Origin: Tubiluchus corallicola | Taxonomy: Eukaryota; Animalia; Priapulida | Length of the DNA stretch: 64,000 nucleotides | Direction of reading: 5' to 3' | Assembly (NCBI GenBank): GCA_030141605.1 | Contig: JAQGDQ010000009.1 | Coordinates: 1,302,001-1,366,000 of the forward strand | Part shown: positions 48,520 through 61,700 of the stretch, piece by piece | Layout of the letters: each line of letters starts with the position of its first letter | How positions within the stretch are numbered: position 1 is the first letter of the stretch | Notes under the pieces: model-generated | The model's database searches: none | Told to the model about the DNA's origin: nothing | Seen by the model: the letters and a program-made list of their open reading frames with translations, nothing else | Position numbers and translations under genes: made by a program

Positions 48520-49708
48520 GTAAGTCTGATCAAATGAGGGATGCTGATCAAGCCCTTGTTGAAGTGGGTTTTTGCTTGCTTTATAAGTTTTTTTGTTTTT
48601 TCCTGGACAGAAATCCCAATTTAAGAGGTTTGATGATAGTTTAATGATTTTAGAGTGATTGGCTAGCTGTTTATTGTAATGGCAGACTGTGCTAAGTCTA
48701 CATAATTAGCAATTTAGTTACTTCTGCTGACTACATTTTAAGCCTTTACATGAAGTTTAATACATAAAATCGAACCGGTTTATACACACTTGTTTTTTCT
48801 TGAATCTAGCCTGTGAACTGTAACAACTTATTAGAACAGTTACCTGCGACTAATTACTTATCTGATTATTTTGTTTGATTTTCAGCAGAAACTACATTAA
48901 GCTTTATATTAGTGCAAAGACACTTTAGTACCAGTAACTTCCCAGCTAAGCCTATCTGTGGTTATACGATAAATCCTAATCTATAGTGACAAAACATAAT
49001 TGTACAGATGTTTAACAGACAACAACATGAGCTACTGATAATATTATAAACCAAAATTGCTTTTATGGTGTACTGTTCCTTTAAATGTTTGTTTTATATC
49101 TACTCATTATAAATTTACACCTACATGTTATCTTCAAGTTTTTTATAAACAGAATGATGTTTTTTCATTGCTTTAAGCTATTCCTATTCAGTTGATTACA
49201 TGTACAGTAGGGACTAGTATCATGTTAATAATGTTTTACATAAATGACACATGTGTAGATCTGCTTACATTAGTGATATTTAAGATGTTTGCCCTATTAG
49301 TGAATCCTTCTGCTACTTTATTATGCAGTTGGTGTGATACTGGAGTGCTGTGTTACTTATCAAATTAGTGTGGGCAATGAGTCAGCAGTCATTACAGTTA
49401 ATATTGATTATAGTTATTGTACACGTGTGTATGTTGACTGCATCCATTACTGGAGTGCATTCATGTTTCCAGTCACTATTACTGTCTAGTCTACTGTATA
49501 GTCTGCTGAGTTGCTGCTAACTAAGTATTAATTCTACCTATTACTAATTAAGATTCAGCATACAGCAGGAGCTTAGTGGAAATCAACAGTTTATTTTTTA
49601 TTTGTTGTTGAAAGAAGTTTCAAATCTTGTTTAAAATTATATTTTGTGATTGTTAGTCTAGTCATTACCTTATTTTACTGATGGCTACAAACTAGTCACA
49701 TTGTCACA

Positions 49709-52700
49709 ATGAGCGAGACCTCTGAACAGGAACAGGAAACTGATGACGAGGAATTTCCTGGAAAGCTCCTGCATCAGGCTGCTCTGTGGGACAACTCAGA
49801 ACTGTTAGGAGATTTATTAAATGGAGATCAGGTACAGGAAGTTCATTTTAAGTGCTTTACTTACAATTTAAGCGATTAATTATCAGTCAGTGTGTAAAAT
49901 GTAAATACTTTGATCTAGTGGATTCCGCTACTGTAGTGTGTCATGTCGGTATGAATTTGTTATCATATATTTATTAAAGTGATTTGTATTTGCGCTTACT
50001 TTATATATGGGTTTGCTTTGACAGATTTATGACAAGTTAGTGCTGTCAATACTTGTGTGAAATGCAAATAAATAACATTCTTTGTTAACACAGATGCGGT
50101 TATATCATTATAGCTACACTCGTGGCCTGTAAAACTTTGGCCAGAAATGGAAGTTCGTGAGGTTATTTAATTAAACTCTGTTCTAGGTTCAGTTTATAGA
50201 TTATGTGGATACTGAAGGTCGCACTGCGCTACATGCAGCAGCTACACATAACTCTGCTCAATGTATGAAGATATTGTTGGACGCTGGAGGTATGTTAGTT
50301 ATTCACTACACCATGAACTTCTTGTTAGTCTAACTTATTCTAAAAATTTTATTTTATTATATATTTTATTTATATAAACTATGAACTGAAGTCAACAGAC
50401 TTATATATCTATTAAAAACATCGTAAAAGATATCGACAATGTATAGAGAGTAAAATTATAGCTAAAAGTGCAGAATACGTAGTACATGGTTAATACAAAG
50501 TGCAAATACGTAGATGAAAACCTGCTTCTTATGTCATTTATCAGATCACACATTTTTCAATAAATATTTTTTTAAAAGTTTCTTAAATTTATTTATTTTA
50601 CTGGTTTGTTTTATTTTACTGGGTAAATTATTCCACATTACAGCATCATTATACATGACAGAATGTTTTATAACATTGGTTCATGGCATCTAGCTATAGG
50701 TTTTATATACCTGTAATACGTTTTATGTAAGATGTAATACGTTTTATGTTTTGCAATGGCTGATTGAATATTTTTCATTGATTAGCTTAGGAATTGAGTC
50801 TGCAAAGCTAATGACCTGTAAATTTCTTTGAATAGCATGTCCAAATATAGCAAATATACCGAATCTATAGGTTTTATACATACCTGCAAGTATATGTATG
50901 TTTTATATAAGAATTTTCCAATAGCTAATTGAGTTTTTGCGCATTTTTCATTGGCAGCTCAGTCAGTGAGGGCTAATAGTGTAAAATTCTTTTTCAGCAA
51001 ATCCAAATATACGCTGTGGCCCAAAAGAAGGTAGTAAGGTAAGATGTTTTTAGGAGTGAAATTTTGTGAAATTTTTGTGATTTTTTTTTTGTTAATGTAC
51101 AATTATTGGCATAATTGGCATACAGGGACAATGTCATTCTTATTTTGTATAATTGTTTTGATGATTTGGCTGTGAAGCATTTAGCTGAATTGTATCTATC
51201 TATAATTTTTTACCTTAATACATTGAATATAATTTTTATGAGCTTCATTATTGATACAAATTGTTCGTAGTTCAAGTAAAGAATTTTGACGAAGATAGAT
51301 GTTAGTTTACATTTGCTAGAGAGAAGAAAAATTGTCGTTTCTGCTAAATTTTTGATGTTCACTCATATTTACTTTTATCACTTCAATACAATTTCTATAT
51401 TTTCAATGACACTACAGACACCACTCCATCTAGCAGCAGAAAGGGGAAATATGGACATGGTGCAGTTGCTAGTACTAGCTAAAGCTGACATGGCGATAAG
51501 GGATAATCTTGGGAATACACCACTTGATTTAACCGAGCAATCTGGAAATGAACAAGTTGGTGTGTTCTTGAAAGATTCTGCAGGTAGGCATTTAATAAAA
51601 AAATTGTTTGTCAAAATCAGCACTAATATTACTGTTTATAAATGTAAATATGATTGATAAGATAAGATAAAAAATTTTTATTTATCTACATAAATCATAT
51701 TTGATTATCTACACAAATAATGTGAGCAATTAAAGCTCTTTGTCAACAATGATGAACTCTTGGTTGATTATTGGATCCAATCTACCAATCATATTTACCA
51801 TTATATTTCTACTTATGGATGCTAAATGTATTAAATATTACTGTTTTCCTTATGATATACTTAACTTTTTCTGCAGTTGTCAGCAATTTTAATGTCTGTG
51901 AATTATTTCGAAATTGTAAGTTATAGGTGTTGATACTTTCGGCATGATTGCTTTTGTAGAACACTGCAGTAGTTAAAAGTAATAATGTTAGATATAAAAT
52001 GCACCACAGCACTAGTATATTTATATACAAATCCAGCAATCATCATTGGAATTGACTGTGACCTTTCTGGTTTTGAGCTGTCTTGTGTCAGAAATTATTT
52101 TAAAACATAATGCATTAAAATGATGAGAGTTACAATAATGTGACTTAGCAAAGTATAAACTATTCTATATTTGCAGTTTTCTATATTTACATGTTATTAT
52201 ATGTGAAGAACAGAATTGTGAAATATCTAATAAGTTAACTTATATTTTTTTATAGGGAGGAGAGAAAAAAAGCTGCTGCAACTTCAAAGTTCATTGTTTG
52301 ATGCTTGCACTAAGGGTGATACGACGGAAATGAGGTGCTTGATGCGAGAATTGGGTCGTGATGCTGTGGATATCATTAATTCTATACGCAATGGATCTAA
52401 CACACTGTTATACAGGTATTTACCTGTTTGTTTTACAATTTCTGACAAGAATATAAATTTAAACTTTGTCTTTTAGTGTGTGGTGACATGTTACGCCTTC
52501 TTTCTTGTTTTATCACTTTGATGAACTATTTGTGCTGTAGATGGAGCTGAATGCAATTATTATTTTTTAATATCTGAAACATTGTAGCATACCCATTCAT
52601 TTCTTATTATTTATTGATTATAGAGCGTCACAGGATGGTAATGAGGAGGTTGTAGATTTGCTACTGGATGCCGGAGCAGATGGGCGTGTTCATCCAGTCA

Positions 52701-55700
52701 CTGGATACTCTCCACTTTATATTGCTGCATACAATGGTCACAAACGTATTGTAGAAAAACTCTTGAAGGTTCTTGTAGATTCTCTTTATGTAGTATAAAA
52801 AAAATCTTATTATAAAAGCTGCCTAATTGGTACTTTCCAATGAGCAATTGATGTTACTCATTATTTTCGTTTTTTTATGATTTTACTGGTTCCCGTTTCT
52901 GTTTATTTTTATAATTTCACCTGACTTATGCAGAAAATTATCATTTTTTTCAGAAATTTCCAGGGCTTGCGACCGTACAGACAGTGGAAAATTGGTTGCC
53001 TCTTCATGCAGTCGCTATGAACGACCATGTGGAAGTTCAAGATACTTTATTAAAATTTCCCTATCCAGGGTAAAATTTTCCTGTTCCATATCCTTATATA
53101 TTTATAATAAGATTTATATATTTTTTAGCATTTTCTCGTGGTGGTTAAAATTAAAATGTTTCAGATTTGCTTTATGATGTTTGGAGCCTTGTGTGGACCC
53201 ATAATAACCATGCTGGTATATTTTTCTCATAGTTAACACATTACTATAGTAGTTAATTTTATGCTGTATAATGAGTGATGGGGCGAAGTCATTCCTGACA
53301 AGTTCCAGTTCCAGCAACTCTTTCACATTTTTGCGAACTTGGGAACTTAACATTTGTTAGAAAAGTAACTTGAACAAGCTCATTGAAAAAAACTAACTGA
53401 AATTAGTTTTCAAATATACCCTACTAAACTGGAAATGAGAAAAAACAAAATAAAACGAAGAATTTCTGTTATTGTAATCGTAGGAAATACGGTTTTAATT
53501 TACACTTTTGCTCAATATGCAAGATCTTTCGAGAGGGTTACCTATGATAGCGTGTCTTGTAAGTCAATGTCATAATAAACCTAAGCAAGGGCAGCTAAAC
53601 ACAGGCAGATCCAAATGAGAAAAATAGTCAAGGTAAGCTAAATTAATTAAATAACTACATATTTAGTTCACTAGTGGCACCATTTAAGTAGTTGCTACAA
53701 ATTTGGAACTTGAACTTTTCTAAAACCCGATTGTGAACTTGAACTTGAGTAAATTTCGTCTTACTCCCGAAAAAAGTTTATTTGGTAGTTGAACTTGTCC
53801 ATCACTGTATATCGCTTCGTAATAAGTTTTTATTGACATAAACTCTTCATTATCATAATATTTCCGATTAATTTATTTTAGATACATGTGGCAAATGATT
53901 CATCATCATTCAGGAGCGTGGGAGTACCGGTATCCGTTTGACGTGAATGCTCAGGACCATAATCAACAAAGCGCGCTCTACATAGCATGTGATCTCGGTC
54001 ATTACCAAATTGTCGACAAGCTTTTACAATTGAAGGTAATGTCTATTGTATCGTTTTGATCCCTGTAGTATTAATGAATTAATTTTGTTTGACTGATTAA
54101 CATCTTGAAGTTGTAGATGCATATTGCACAGATGTTATGAACATGTTATTCTGATGCTTGCATTTTTATAGGTTAAAGCGTGGAAGATCGTAGACAAGGA
54201 AGAAGACTCAACAGCAGATGGCAGCAGTGATGATTCACAGAATCCTAATCTCAAGCGTTCAAGTAAAATAACTGATTTTAAGGAGATGGAAAAAGATGAT
54301 TGTGTCCTCTGTCCTGTTAACATTGATCAGTACTGCAGTGGAGGTGAGACAGCACTACACGTCGCTGTGAGGAACGGATATAGAGATATTGTTAGGTATG
54401 TGTGTTACCTTATTACGTTACATTTTTCTCATCACTTTTCTCTTGTTAAGTATTTACTTCTGTACATGACAGTGGATATGTTTAGAGTGATAATGTCAAG
54501 AATAGATTCCCGCATTTTTTCACTTAACCTTGATTTTATAATGTCATGAAAATTTTAACTTATGTACTTTACAAAAGTCCTGCATTTTGTTTTGTTTTAA
54601 TTTTTATGCCTTTATTTAAAGTACATTACTGAAGAAATAAATTTTTTAGGTTGCTGCTGGACAATGATGCTGATGTGAATATGTCAATTAAAACAGAAGA
54701 TTTTGAATGCAGTCCGCTAGTCGAATGCTGTAGGAATAAAGATCTGGAAATGGTAGGTACACATTTGACATGCGTTATTGTTATATTGTATTGTGTTGTG
54801 GTTTTAATACATTTTTCCTAATTTTTTTTATTCAGGCAAAGCTACTTATAGCAAACGGTTGCCATGATGCACAGAATTTGGCTGTAGCAATGGCTGTTTC
54901 TCAGCAACAAGACGAAATGCTGGCACTGTTGCTGAAGCAGAAATGTCACGCTGATCCTGACTATAAAATTCTCAAGAAAGGAAAAGAATTTCATCCGTCA
55001 GCTAAAGCCGGTAACATGCTACATATTCATCTACATTTGAAAATAGTTAGATACTTGTGCTTGTCTTGTACAGTGATTCTTTGCACTGTATCTAACACGC
55101 TTGTTATTGTAAGCTCAAAAGTTATTATTTATTTATTTTTTGAACTTCAGGTCGAAAATCCAAGAAGAAATCATTTATACACATTCCAATCATTCCTAAC
55201 ACACCTGTGATGATTAACTGGCACAAACTAATGGCTCTAAATTTCATCTCTGATGCCTGGATACTGGATGCTGCTTACCTGCACAATCAGCACTTAACAC
55301 CTTCACCTTCAAATCATCCGAATGCTCTTCTGGCCATTACGAGAATTGACGTTTCTGGCAACTGCATAGTTCACCTGCCCGTCTGTTTGTTCCAGCTTCA
55401 GAGCTTACGTATTCTCAATGCAGGTAAACAATGCTTGTTTTTGCACTTTTCCTGATTCTTGACAATGTTTATTTGTTTATGAACAAGATTTGGTATAATA
55501 GAAACCTCTTTTGGTTAGGGTTCTAATTCAATAATCAGTGTTAGTGAATTTATGATTTTAAAAATCTTTTTACGTAACTATGCCTATGTGACAATATAAT
55601 TTTTATTCATTTTTGCTTGAAGCAATATCCTCACTCAGTCATAAGGTGCATTTGGACTTCTACAAATGCATTGCATGTTTATTTCAGCTCAAAATAAAAT

Positions 55701-58700
55701 TGAGACATTGCCTGCAGAAGATTATTTGCCGTTATCAAAGACTCGTGGAAACTTTGCCGAGCAAGAGTGGAATTGCCCAATTTTAGAGGAAGTCTATTTG
55801 CAAGATAACCGTATTGAGAATCTTCCTGATGCTATCTTTCAAATACCATCACTGGCTATACTGGATGTTTCAAATAACAAGTTGCAAGAGGTTGGCACTG
55901 TATTGATGGATATTTATTTGCTGTAGCTTTTGTATTTGTTCTTTCTGTTGTGATACAAGTAGACAGTGAGTCAATTACTTTTGAAATGTAGTTTCTAATT
56001 ACTCTTTCGAAAATTAGTGGACAAATTGTACCATGGTTCTAACTAAGCAGTTTATTTATGATTTTAAACAAATACTTGTAGTTCACTATATAATGTATAA
56101 GTCATTCTAACCTTAACCCAACACTGAAGTGGATAATTAGCATTTTGAGATATCTGTTTAATTAGTTATGAATTAGAACTTTTATGGCATTATGTCATTG
56201 TAGTTGTTGGCTGAAGTTGATTTACATACTGAACTAAGTTATGTTTTCTACAATTATATTACCTATATAGTATAGTTCTGTAGTTAAATGATTTAATTTT
56301 TATGTGCATCAGGTTTGGTTAATTTTTTGCAGTTGACTTTTAAAATGTGGTCTGCACCAAAGCTTAAAGAGATTAACCTTTCATTTAATTTGCTACAATG
56401 GCTTCCAACGGGTACTCGGTCTTCTAGAAATCTCACTCAAAGATCTGATGTCAAACAGGTATGCTTGTAAAAGTGCAGCGATTTAACTGTGTATAATTTT
56501 CTTATGCATTTTTGTTAAGCATTTTTTGGTTTTTACCACCTAAAAGACTTTTGATTTTTTTTTAAAAAACTTTATGAGTGAGTTGGCCATCTGAAATAGT
56601 ACGAAAAGTCTTGAAGCATTAATTTTGCTACTCTAGGTTGTAATTTGGCTTCTCTAACTAAACATTTAATGTTTTTATTGACGCCACCTTATTATTGTTA
56701 GCAACTGCTTTGCAAGCAGGTACTAGTAATGTTGCAAAATCCATCTGTATAAATTTTTATCCAGGCTCTCGCAATGAAGACATCTTCTTCGTCTGCATCA
56801 GGTCCTGCTGCTGATGCTGTCAGTGTTCACTCAGAGGGAACGGATAGTGTTTACACTCTCACAGATTCAGACATTGACGATACGGAAGCTGCTCTAAATC
56901 CTCGCTTAATAACACATGAGCTGCAGCATCATAACCTATGGAGTGACAAGATCTCAGAGACTGATAGTTCGTTGGATGAAGAAGAAGCTGAAGAGGAAAC
57001 AAAGTCGATGATTTCAACGCTGAATTTGGCACATAATTTGTTTGATGAGATTCCTCCAGGTACATTTATTGATTTTTTTGTGCAGTCATCAACATTTGTC
57101 TGTTGAGTTATGTTATATGCACATATTGGTGTTCTTAAAAGTCCCACTTACTGCTATTTTATTCCATTCTAGCTGTTTATAATGCCAGTAAATGGTGGTC
57201 ATCACTATTTTGGTCATGCAGAGTGTTTTGCACTTTTAGTTTTCTATAAATTGAAAATAACCTATTATTTTTAGATCCCAAACAAATATTACAAATTAGA
57301 GTGAGCAGATTATTTTTAAAATAAATTATCTTTGTTTTAGCATAATTAATTTATTATGCAGTAAGTCCTTGCTTAATGACTCCTAGTTTAGCAACATTTC
57401 GTTCTAATCACTCTAAACACTTGAAACCTTCTCTCACTTGACGATGCACATTTCATTTTAACGATAATGATTTTTTTACTTTGCTCAGAGCCATTTTTCT
57501 TTTATCAACAACTTTTTTACCTAATTTGAAGCATTAAAATGGTACACGTTGCCTTATTCTGTTCTAAAAACGTGCTAGTAACGTAAAACAGTACAATTAT
57601 TATTTATATTTTTGCTTCCTGACTGACTATGTACTAAATGCTAGCCGTTTGTATCAAGCGAGATCTATTTGCCATTTGTACACCTCCAGACACCTGAGTT
57701 TACACTTTTCTCCAAGGAATTTTGTCTACAACCTGCTTCATGAAATTGTCCCAAGGTCACTCCATGTCTTGGCTTTCACTACGCAGAGTTTAAAGCGTTA
57801 ACTGCTCATAGATGTGGCTTCAATGTTAACAAAATTGAACTGCTTGCAAGTCTAGTTAGATATTGGTAAGAATGCTATGTGGTTTCAAGCAAAAAGAAAG
57901 AAATTATTCACTTGAAATATGAATAAAACTCACTTTGAATCATTTTTGCCTCTGATACATATCTCTGTTCTTTTACACTACTTTCTATCGAAACCTTAGT
58001 TTCGTTTAACGATGTTTCGCTGAACATTGCATTTTGCTGGTATGCATTAATGTCTTTAAGCAAGGGCTTACTGAAATTGCATAAAATAAGGTCATAGCAT
58101 TCAAATTATATTACCAAATTGATAAACACAATAGGTTGTGATAATATTTGTTTATAACAAACCACATGAAATGAAGATGATTGTGTTTTGTAACTGAATT
58201 TATCACAGGGTTGCCATGTCTAGCGCCAAAGCTGACGAGACTCAATATGAGTTATAATACAATTAGTGACATGGGTGCTTCTAACATGTACCCGTTAACT
58301 CTACGACAACTTGACCTTAGTCATAACAACATCAAAACTTGGCCTAATCTTGCAAAAATGTTCAGGTAGGTGATAATTATTATTACCACTTTTTGTCGGA
58401 CAGTTTGTTTTAGTTTATTGTGAAGCCTAACATTAGATGACATAGTTACGGTTGAAGTACATTTGTAATCACTTTAAAATTTAAAAAAATTATCAGAGAC
58501 CAAGAGTGAAAGCTGGTGAGAGCAACTAAAAGCTTTTTTCTATTTTTATTTGCTTAGTTTTATGTGGTTTTCTTTACAGTCATTGTGATGTGATTGGTGA
58601 ATCCGGCTGCTGTAATCCACCAGCAAGCCCAGCAAAACAGTTACCTGGTAGTCCTATAAGAACTAGTATGTTTTTTCTTTCTTTGCTTAAACTTATTGAC

Positions 58701-61700
58701 TGATGTAAACTTTTGTTATATACCGGCAACTATTATTGTCATTCTATAATTTATATGCTAAATGCCATTACAATACTTTGAAATGTTTCATCAGTTATTA
58801 TATGCTTGACTAAGATGTTAGAAGTCCAGTCAGATAATCCAGTTTATTATTTTTTACAATTAAATATTTTAAGTTATGTTAAGCATATATATATATATAT
58901 ATATATATGATCTTGATTTAAATGTTTTTTTTACAATTCTTACTCGTTCATACAAGTTGCTTGGCTGGAATAATGGTTATCAAAAAAGAACAAATAAGGA
59001 GTGATAAAATTTGTTGAAGTACTTTCTACTTTAGTAAATAAAAATGAGTTCGTTCATTTGAAGCCTAAGGTCCAAATCTAATGAATGTTTGGAAATCCTA
59101 CAATAAGGTGACTGCCTTTTTAATTTTCTGCTGAGCTGACTTTTAAAATGTATGGACTTTTGCTTTTTAGAACTTAGATCACGCTCTCGCTCTTCTGCAC
59201 GTTCTACTTCACGGAGTCGTCGGACGTCAGGGTCATCAGCGCTGTCCTGTAATGATGCGGCTAATCTGTGCAAACATCGGCGACATATACGATTAGAGAA
59301 TCTACGTACATTGATTCTTGCTAATAATGAACTAGATAGGTAGGCCGACGTGTTTTGCTCTCTGCTTATTTTTATTATTGTTCTTAAATAATATGTGTTT
59401 ATTTGCTATAAAGTTTAGTATGATATCAATCTGATCATTAGCCATTTTCATGATCCTTCAGCTCAATAGCTGCATCTGAGTGTCCAGCTGTTGACCACTA
59501 CTTTACTTTACTCAGAAAATAATGACTCAGGCTACACTGTACTACCTGATTGGATTTAAATTTGCTTTATGAAAAAAATCATGCCTACTGTGTGCTTTGA
59601 TGTCTCAAAGCTGAGAATTGGTGAATAAATTTTTGCAAATATTTGCCACGCATGATTATAGTAAGAGTGTTGGCAGTACATTTAATCATGCTTCTTGGTT
59701 TGTGTGGCAGATGGCTATTCTGTTGTATAATCTACTTTTTGCTTATGTTTTTAAATCAAATTCTGTAGGTTGGTAATAACTATTGAAGGAGGTGATATAG
59801 GTGATGACAGCTCCTCGCTAGACTCATTAGATTCAAGTAGCAGCAGGAAATCATCCAGCAAAGATTCAAGCAGTAGTCCCGGCACTGCAACACGTTCAAA
59901 AATTCTCTTTCCTCAGCTTACAATGCTTGATGTTAGTAACAATAGGATAAAAGAAATACCTGCTAACATCCATGAACTTTCTGGTAATACTTAATGCAAT
60001 ACTAAGGTGTTTAATTAAATTTACAGTGACCCGTTTTAACGTGAATGGTATTGTAATTTGATTTTATTGAATTTCGAAATTTTAACGATTGTTTGTTTAT
60101 TTTTTAATGATGTGGTATAATATAATTTCTGTTTTAGCTCTGTCTGTTGTGAATGTTGCCGGAAATGTGGACATCACCTTTTTGCCTCCTGAGATGGGAC
60201 TCTTGAATAAGCTTTGGAATCTCAACACTAGAGGGTGCAATCTCAGTGAACCTTTGCGAAGCATGGTAATGATTCTTCTTCTTCACTTATTTTATTGTTG
60301 TTTGCGTGGTCTAAAAATTTAACTAAACTAATAAGTTTTTAAATCTGTTTATGTTATTGAGAATCACTTGCAAGCTGCTCACTTGTACTGTTAGATCCAG
60401 TATTGAATCCTGTTAGGAAATATTTGAAAAGACCATCTTGAGCTTGTTTATCATTCTAAAGCATCTGCCATTATAAGTTTCCCAAATAGTATGTATATTC
60501 ATCAACAAGTACAATTTTCTATCTAATTAAATTAAAGGTCTTTTTGTTTGATTGTTAAGGTCTGTTTTATTAACTTTTTTAAATGCCTAGGTTGATAGCA
60601 AGAAGTATAAAACCATGGATCTGATTGGATATCTGAAGTCTATTCTAGAAGATTCTAAGCCGTATGCTCGCATGAAGCTGATGCTGGTTGGAGTGCAAGG
60701 CGTGGGAAAAACGTCTTTACTTGAAAAACTGCGCGAGGAAGGCACCGGAACATATAAAAAGAAAGCACCAGAGGTATAAACAATATTTTCTGAAAAATGA
60801 TTTTGACCTTCATGTTACATTGATGTAAAAAGAATTTTTATTGATATAAATTCTTTACATGAATTGTAATTAATTGTAAGATTAATTGAAATTGATTGTA
60901 ATTAATATTTATTGCAGGGTTGGGCCAAGCGCATGGGTAACATAAATATTAATGTTAAAACAACAAAGGGCGGAAACCTTTCTACTGTAGGTGTGGACGT
61001 TGGAGACTGGACTTTTGAAAAAAAGTCCGCAAAAAGTCAGGCTACCTTTGGCCCGGTCACTTTCAGAACTTGGGATTTTGGTGGACAGGTAAAACTTAAA
61101 TTAATGGCAGTTGATTTAATATGTAAAATTGTGCCCTGTTTATTGGTCATATGCAAATACTATGTATTATGCTATAATCATTTGATATTATGGTATTATG
61201 AAAGTATAATGCAATTTAAGTTTCATAATTTTAATGCCTCTATTTTTTCAAGAACAAATTTTGCAGAAGTTTTACAGGTCTTTAGATTAAACAACTATAA
61301 AATTTACCAAAGTTTACAATTTCAAAACTATACTTTATTATTTATCGCTTAAAACCTTTTTTAAGAATATTTTTGTCATCCATTCTGTCTTGTGTTTTTT
61401 ACAGAGAGAATACTATGCAACACATCAGTATTTCCTGACAAAGCGATCTCTGTACCTGATTGTGTGGAAAATCTCTGATGGTGAAGCAGGTGTTAGTGAA
61501 ATCTTGCATTGGCTTATTAATATACAGGTATCTACTTTACCTTTGCATTGTTGGATGCTGCTTCATTTACTTCATAAATTTTTGATGATTTGTGTAGTTG
61601 TTTTTTAAAGCGCAAAGTTTGTTTTTCTTGCAGCTTTGTTTGAAGAACTTGTTGTTAAGCCATTTTTAGGTCAAGAAGAGAGGCGTTTATGTTTGATTTT

